In this document: piece after piece, positions 59,879 to 64,000 of the stretch
Layout: every line of letters begins with the position of its first letter
How positions within the stretch are numbered: the first letter of the stretch is position 1
From: Patescibacteria group bacterium
Lineage (GTDB): Bacteria > Patescibacteriota > Patescibacteriia > Buchananbacterales > UBA6539
DNA length: 64,000 nucleotides
Assembly (NCBI GenBank): GCA_041649675.1
Contig: JBAZMQ010000002.1
Span: 65,920 to 129,919, forward strand
Direction of reading: 5' to 3'
Program-made: the position numbers and the translations under genes
The notes under the pieces: generated by a model
The model's input: the letters and a program-made list of their open reading frames with translations, nothing else
Told to the model about the DNA's origin: nothing
Database searches by the model: none

Positions 59879-59990
59879 AAAAGTATTTTAGCTAATTCCC
59901 GGTTTTTTTTCAAGTCAAATCGGTAGTTTGACAAAATATTAGACATTTGATAAGTTTGCAGTAAAAGCATCAACCATGGGAGATTTTACA

Positions 59991-60626
59991 ATGAAAAAGC
60001 TTAGAGGAGTAACTCACGAGAATGCCGTAATCACTGCCAAGGCCAATCCGGAAATGGCAGTCGCTATTGCCAAACGTTTTCCCGATCTGCTTATACCGAT
60101 CTCACTTGAGGTCAGAGGTCAATTGGGGGAGCTGGCACAGGCCTTTCCAAAATCGGCAATCGATCTAATCAGAGGGGACCCCTATCGGGCAATAATAATT
60201 GCCCAGGCCCTACCGGAAAAAACCATGGAAATTTCCGAGTACGCCTGTTGCCACATTCCAGAGTTGGCCAAGGCCGTGCCTTCGGCCGCCGCTGAATTAG
60301 CCCGGGCCTACGGTACCCAAGAGTGGGAAATTGTCTTGATGGTGCCGGACAAAGCGCCCGAAATCGCCCAAGCGATTCCCAGACTGTGCGTGCGCATCGT
60401 TCAAGAATTTCCACAAATGGCGCCGACAATCGCCGAAAAGGTCCCAGGCAAAGCAGTTGATATCGCCCTCGCTGTACCAAGCTTCGCTGTTGAAGTTGCC
60501 ATAGCCTGCCCACAAAATGCGGCAGAGATTGCCAACAGAATTGAAACGGCCAGAGAGGCAATTCTGGCGATTTCAAAAGTGAAGGCAAAACCGCGTCACC
60601 GGTGGCTTCACTGGCTCATTGGTTAG
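59991..60626 (+). CDS. Hypothetical protein built of ~16 tandem 11-aa helical repeats
   Basis: Period-11 units such as PEIAQAIPRLC, PTIAEKVPGKA, VDIALAVPSFA; promoter TTGACA-17-TAAGTT at 59928; terminator at 60625-60652. Confidence 0.7.
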   Translation: MKKLRGVTHENAVITAKANPEMAVAIAKRFPDLLIPISLEVRGQLGELAQAFPKSAIDLIRGDPYRAIIIAQALPEKTMEISEYACCHIPELAKAVPSAAAELARAYGTQEWEIVLMVPDKAPEIAQAIPRLCVRIVQEFPQMAPTIAEKVPGKAVDIALAVPSFAVEVAIACPQNAAEIANRIETAREAILAISKVKAKPRHRWLHWLIG

Positions 60627-60685
60627 AAATCGCCTTCGCGATTTCTTTTTTTATAAAAAAATAAGCTTGTTCTCTTATTTTTTGT

Positions 60686-61249
60686 CTATTTGATAAAATA
60701 CATCACTGCCGCACTCACTAAAGTAACAGACACATTGTCATTTAGTCTTAAGGGCAAGCTTTCAACTAAGCCCGCGATTAAAGCAGTTTTGAAACCAAGG
60801 GAAAAAGCACCAATCAATGACAAATCAGGCAACATCCAACGAAGCAAAATAAAGGCGCCTAGAGTACCAAAAATAACAAAAGCAATGCTGCCGGCAAAAG
60901 TCTTGTGTCGATTCCAGGGCAATTCCTTAGCTTTAAAATTTGCACCAATCAAAGTAGCCGCCCCGTCGCCCAAAGCTAAAATCGCCCAGCTGGCAGCCAC
61001 AATATACAACGGAAAAATTAAAACCAAAACTAGCAAGACTAAAAAATAAAGAACTGCCCCCTGGCTATATTTCCTTTCAAAGCTTCGGTAAAAATATGAC
61101 TTGATCCGTAGTTTAGGAATAACAACTAAAGTAACAAGCAATAAAAACAAAAGTAGTAGCGCCGCTTGCCACCGATTCAAAAATTTTAATAAAAAAGCTA
61201 GAAAAAATAAAAGGATATGAACAATTTGTCTTTTTTCTTCAGAAAACAT
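60686..61249 (-). CDS. Cytidylyltransferase-family / dolichol-phytol kinase-like membrane protein
   Basis: RQIVH, LALGDGAATLIG, KTFAGS, ESLP...DN. Confidence 0.8.
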   Translation of the reverse strand: MFSEEKRQIVHILLFFLAFLLKFLNRWQAALLLLFLLLVTLVVIPKLRIKSYFYRSFERKYSQGAVLYFLVLLVLVLIFPLYIVAASWAILALGDGAATLIGANFKAKELPWNRHKTFAGSIAFVIFGTLGAFILLRWMLPDLSLIGAFSLGFKTALIAGLVESLPLRLNDNVSVTLVSAAVMYFIK

Positions 61250-61302
61250 GGTGGGGTTTAAAAAATTAATAAAAAAACCTGCGCTTTAATTTTTTATTTA
61301 TT

Positions 61303-63999
61303 CTAACCAAAAATACTTTTTTCCGGCGGTTGGCTCGGTTCTTTTTGGGGCTCAGTTGGTTTTGTTTTTACTTGACCATCGCTTGGCGGTAAATCTGGAG
61401 TAACTGGCTTTGGCGCCTGAACCAAAGAATCTTCTTTAGTTAAATCACTGTTTGCTGCTTGGGGTTCTTTAATCTCTTTTGCCTTTAAAAAAGTAGCTAA
61501 TGAATCACGGCCAACGCCAATGTCAACTGGCTTATTAACAATAGGCGCTGGCTTATCTGGCTGATTAATCGGACTAATAGGTACAGCTGGAGCTGGTGTA
61601 TTTTCAACTACTGGACCAACCGGAGTGGCTGCACCACTGACCGGCGGCAAAACTTGGCCAGTTGCTTTTGCCAAACCAATATCAAGACCAATAATTTTTT
61701 CTCTTTGAGTATGAACCAAATCAATATCTGCACTTTTGTATGATTGGTATCCAAGTTTCTCGGCCGTAATATAATAAATATTATCATTGACCAAAAAAGT
61801 ATAGCGACCGGATAAATCTGTCACCCGAGTCTCTAATAATTTATTATACTTTTTATCATAAACCCGGACAATTGCCTGAGCAATTGACTTATTATTACTC
61901 CGGTCATAAATTCTGCCCCAATTCTTTGCTGGTTTATGGTAACCTAAACGACGGAACAAAATATATAAAAAGCAATGCAGGGCAAATAGAGAGAAAGTCA
62001 GCGGCCCGGGACTAAGCACCATTGAAACAGTAGCCAAAGGAACGGCTGAGAACGCCGCCGCATACTGCACTTTGCGCAAATAATGCTGAAAAATAATTTT
62101 GACGGCTGGCTTGATTTCTTCTTTTGGATCAATTGGAATATTTAGAATAATGTCAGCGTTTTTGTCAGTCACTTCAAAAGTTTGGCCATGATACAAATCT
62201 AAGTATTTAACATCTTCTTTTTCGTTTTTAAGAAAAACTGTTGGAAAAACGTACTTTGGCTTAGTCACAGTTAAATAGTAATAGCCGCTTGAAGCCAAAA
62301 TATTATAACGGCCGGATTTATCAGTCACTCGTGATTGAACCAACCGATTATTGTCTTTTTGATACAATCTGACAATGGCTAAATCAACCGGTTGCTTGGT
62401 TAAAGAATTATAAACAGTTCCCCATTTTTGCCGCCGCCGTCTAAATAGCGCTGCCAAAGGTTGACTGACAAAAAACTGCAAGTAAGTTAAAAAGTTAAAA
62501 AAGGAAAAAGAGGCAAAAGTATTAACCACTACCGCTGTAACTAAGGCCGGAGCAGCAACTTGAGTATTGGTTTTTTGGATTACTGGATTATCTAAAACTT
62601 TTTCCTTAATAATCTTAGAAATATTTTTAATCCTTTCGCCCAAGTCTAATTCACTGTTACCAGCTGGAGTCTTACAACCTAAATCAGCCGGATAATCAAC
62701 TAAACTATCACTATCATTATCAATGCCATCCAAGCATTGCACTAAGGGAACTCTTGTCCCCGGAGCTAAACCGCAATCAACTGGGCACGAAGAAACATTC
62801 TCGGAATCTTCACAGATATGATTACCACAACAAGGAGTAATTGGTGCACAAATACAATTAGCTAAATTTAATTGCTGGCAGCTACTACAAGCAGCAACAC
62901 ACTGAGGATTGCAGGACCGAACCTCCGGCGGCCGATCCAAATTTAAGTTGCAATTATTCAAATCATTGCATTGCCGTTTGGAAACACCGTTGATGCAATC
63001 TCCCCAGACTGAACAAGTCCAGCTCGGCAAACAAATTGGCACACAGTCTTTTTGGCAAGTGCCATTAGTCTCTCCGGTTTCACAAATGCCATTGCCGCAG
63101 CACGGCACTAATTGTTCACAAAGGCACTGAGCAATATTAATCTGCTGGCAGCTACCGCAAGATAAGCCAGGACATTGAGGGCTGCAGCTTTGCTGAGTTG
63201 GCGGCGGATTAGTCGGAATTAAGCAAGCCCGCCGGTCAAAACATTCGCGAGTTTGAATACCTGATAACGGACAAGTTTGTGGCTCCCAACCGGTACAATC
63301 CCAATCGGAGATACAAGCTACTCCGCAATCGGCTGGACAATTACTGGCTGTTTCAGCCGGCGCTTCACAAGTACCATTACCGCAGCACGGAGCAGGATCG
63401 GACAAACATAAGGTGCAGGCTGCATCAGCATGTTGGCAGACACCGCAAGACAAACTGCAGCCACATTCTTGCTCATAGCTATAATCAAGCTGACATTTTG
63501 GTACGGACTGATCAATACAGGTCATTATCCATTTATTATTTGGTTCACAATCACCATGACTGCAAGAAAAATTCGGCGTACAATGGCAAGCGGCATCACC
63601 TGGTGTTGAACCATCGGTACAAATTGAAGCCGAATAATCGCAACGGCCATTATGATTATCATCAATACCATTGTTACAAATTTCTGTGCCACCAGTAGTG
63701 GTAAATGAACCAGTATGAATTTCTTGCAAAGCCCCGGCACTAGCCGTGATTCGGTAATAATAAACTGTATTAGGATTCAACCCAGTAATATTATAAGTAT
63801 AATTTTGACCGCTTAAACCGCTGGCAGTGCCATCGCCTACTGCCGAAGTCACTCCCCAATCTAAAATTGAAGTACTGGCTTGGCAAAGAGTTTGCCAATT
63901 AACTGTGGCTGAATTATTGGCCGGCAAAACCGAAACATTGGAAATTATTAGCTCCACTTGGCAAGAAGCCGAACAACAATCGCCTGAATTAGTATTACC
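61303..63999 (-). CDS. Cys-rich membrane protein (FN3-like, CGN..CE..E....CP.DC repeats, carboxypeptidase-regulatory-like domains); 5' end beyond window
   Basis: Frame stays open to the window edge (GNTNSGDCCSASCQVEL); GLNPNTVYYYRI; VDLAIVRLY...TDKSGRY; TM segments; Pro-rich tail. Confidence 0.85.
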   Translation of the reverse strand, partial: GNTNSGDCCSASCQVELIISNVSVLPANNSATVNWQTLCQASTSILDWGVTSAVGDGTASGLSGQNYTYNITGLNPNTVYYYRITASAGALQEIHTGSFTTTGGTEICNNGIDDNHNGRCDYSASICTDGSTPGDAACHCTPNFSCSHGDCEPNNKWIMTCIDQSVPKCQLDYSYEQECGCSLSCGVCQHADAACTLCLSDPAPCCGNGTCEAPAETASNCPADCGVACISDWDCTGWEPQTCPLSGIQTRECFDRRACLIPTNPPPTQQSCSPQCPGLSCGSCQQINIAQCLCEQLVPCCGNGICETGETNGTCQKDCVPICLPSWTCSVWGDCINGVSKRQCNDLNNCNLNLDRPPEVRSCNPQCVAACSSCQQLNLANCICAPITPCCGNHICEDSENVSSCPVDCGLAPGTRVPLVQCLDGIDNDSDSLVDYPADLGCKTPAGNSELDLGERIKNISKIIKEKVLDNPVIQKTNTQVAAPALVTAVVVNTFASFSFFNFLTYLQFFVSQPLAALFRRRRQKWGTVYNSLTKQPVDLAIVRLYQKDNNRLVQSRVTDKSGRYNILASSGYYYLTVTKPKYVFPTVFLKNEKEDVKYLDLYHGQTFEVTDKNADIILNIPIDPKEEIKPAVKIIFQHYLRKVQYAAAFSAVPLATVSMVLSPGPLTFSLFALHCFLYILFRRLGYHKPAKNWGRIYDRSNNKSIAQAIVRVYDKKYNKLLETRVTDLSGRYTFLVNDNIYYITAEKLGYQSYKSADIDLVHTQREKIIGLDIGLAKATGQVLPPVSGAATPVGPVVENTPAPAVPISPINQPDKPAPIVNKPVDIGVGRDSLATFLKAKEIKEPQAANSDLTKEDSLVQAPKPVTPDLPPSDGQVKTKPTEPQKEPSQPPEKSIFG

Positions 64000-64000
64000 A

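Overview
AT-rich bacterial chromosomal window (standard genetic code). Gene content suggests a Patescibacteria/CPR (Parcubacteria-like) genome; this is an inference from the homodimeric GlyRS, class II RNR, short Rel, T4SS-pilin-fused giant proteins and four-helix-bundle genes. Housekeeping genes: cobO, nrdJ, ftsZ, ftsA, ybeY, yqeY, rpsU, hisS, lepB, der, pth, dprA, folC, topA, rel, parAB, glyQS, plus four tRNAs (Val-CAC, Met, fMet, Leu-CAA). A ~26 kb cassette sits between yqeY and ybeY-ftsA-ftsZ. It holds a 6854-aa and a 1109-aa Cys-rich surface protein, both starting with the same VirB2/TrbC-like pilin module, and two membrane-anchored TSP3-like proteins. Non-coding signals read from the sequence: (i) two four-helix-bundle genes bracketed by inverted 7-mer arrays and preceded by the same 13-mer, with empty copies of the arrays at other gene junctions; (ii) a gene with a DGR-variable-region-like 3' end; (iii) several promoter-driven structured small RNA candidates, including a stack of four mini transcription units, one with a frameshifted XRE gene; (iv) a tRNA-Val nested in a palindrome-disrupted tRNA remnant; (v) a MITE-like element inserted at the parA start codon. 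All protein family calls come from motif recognition by eye; no searches were run.
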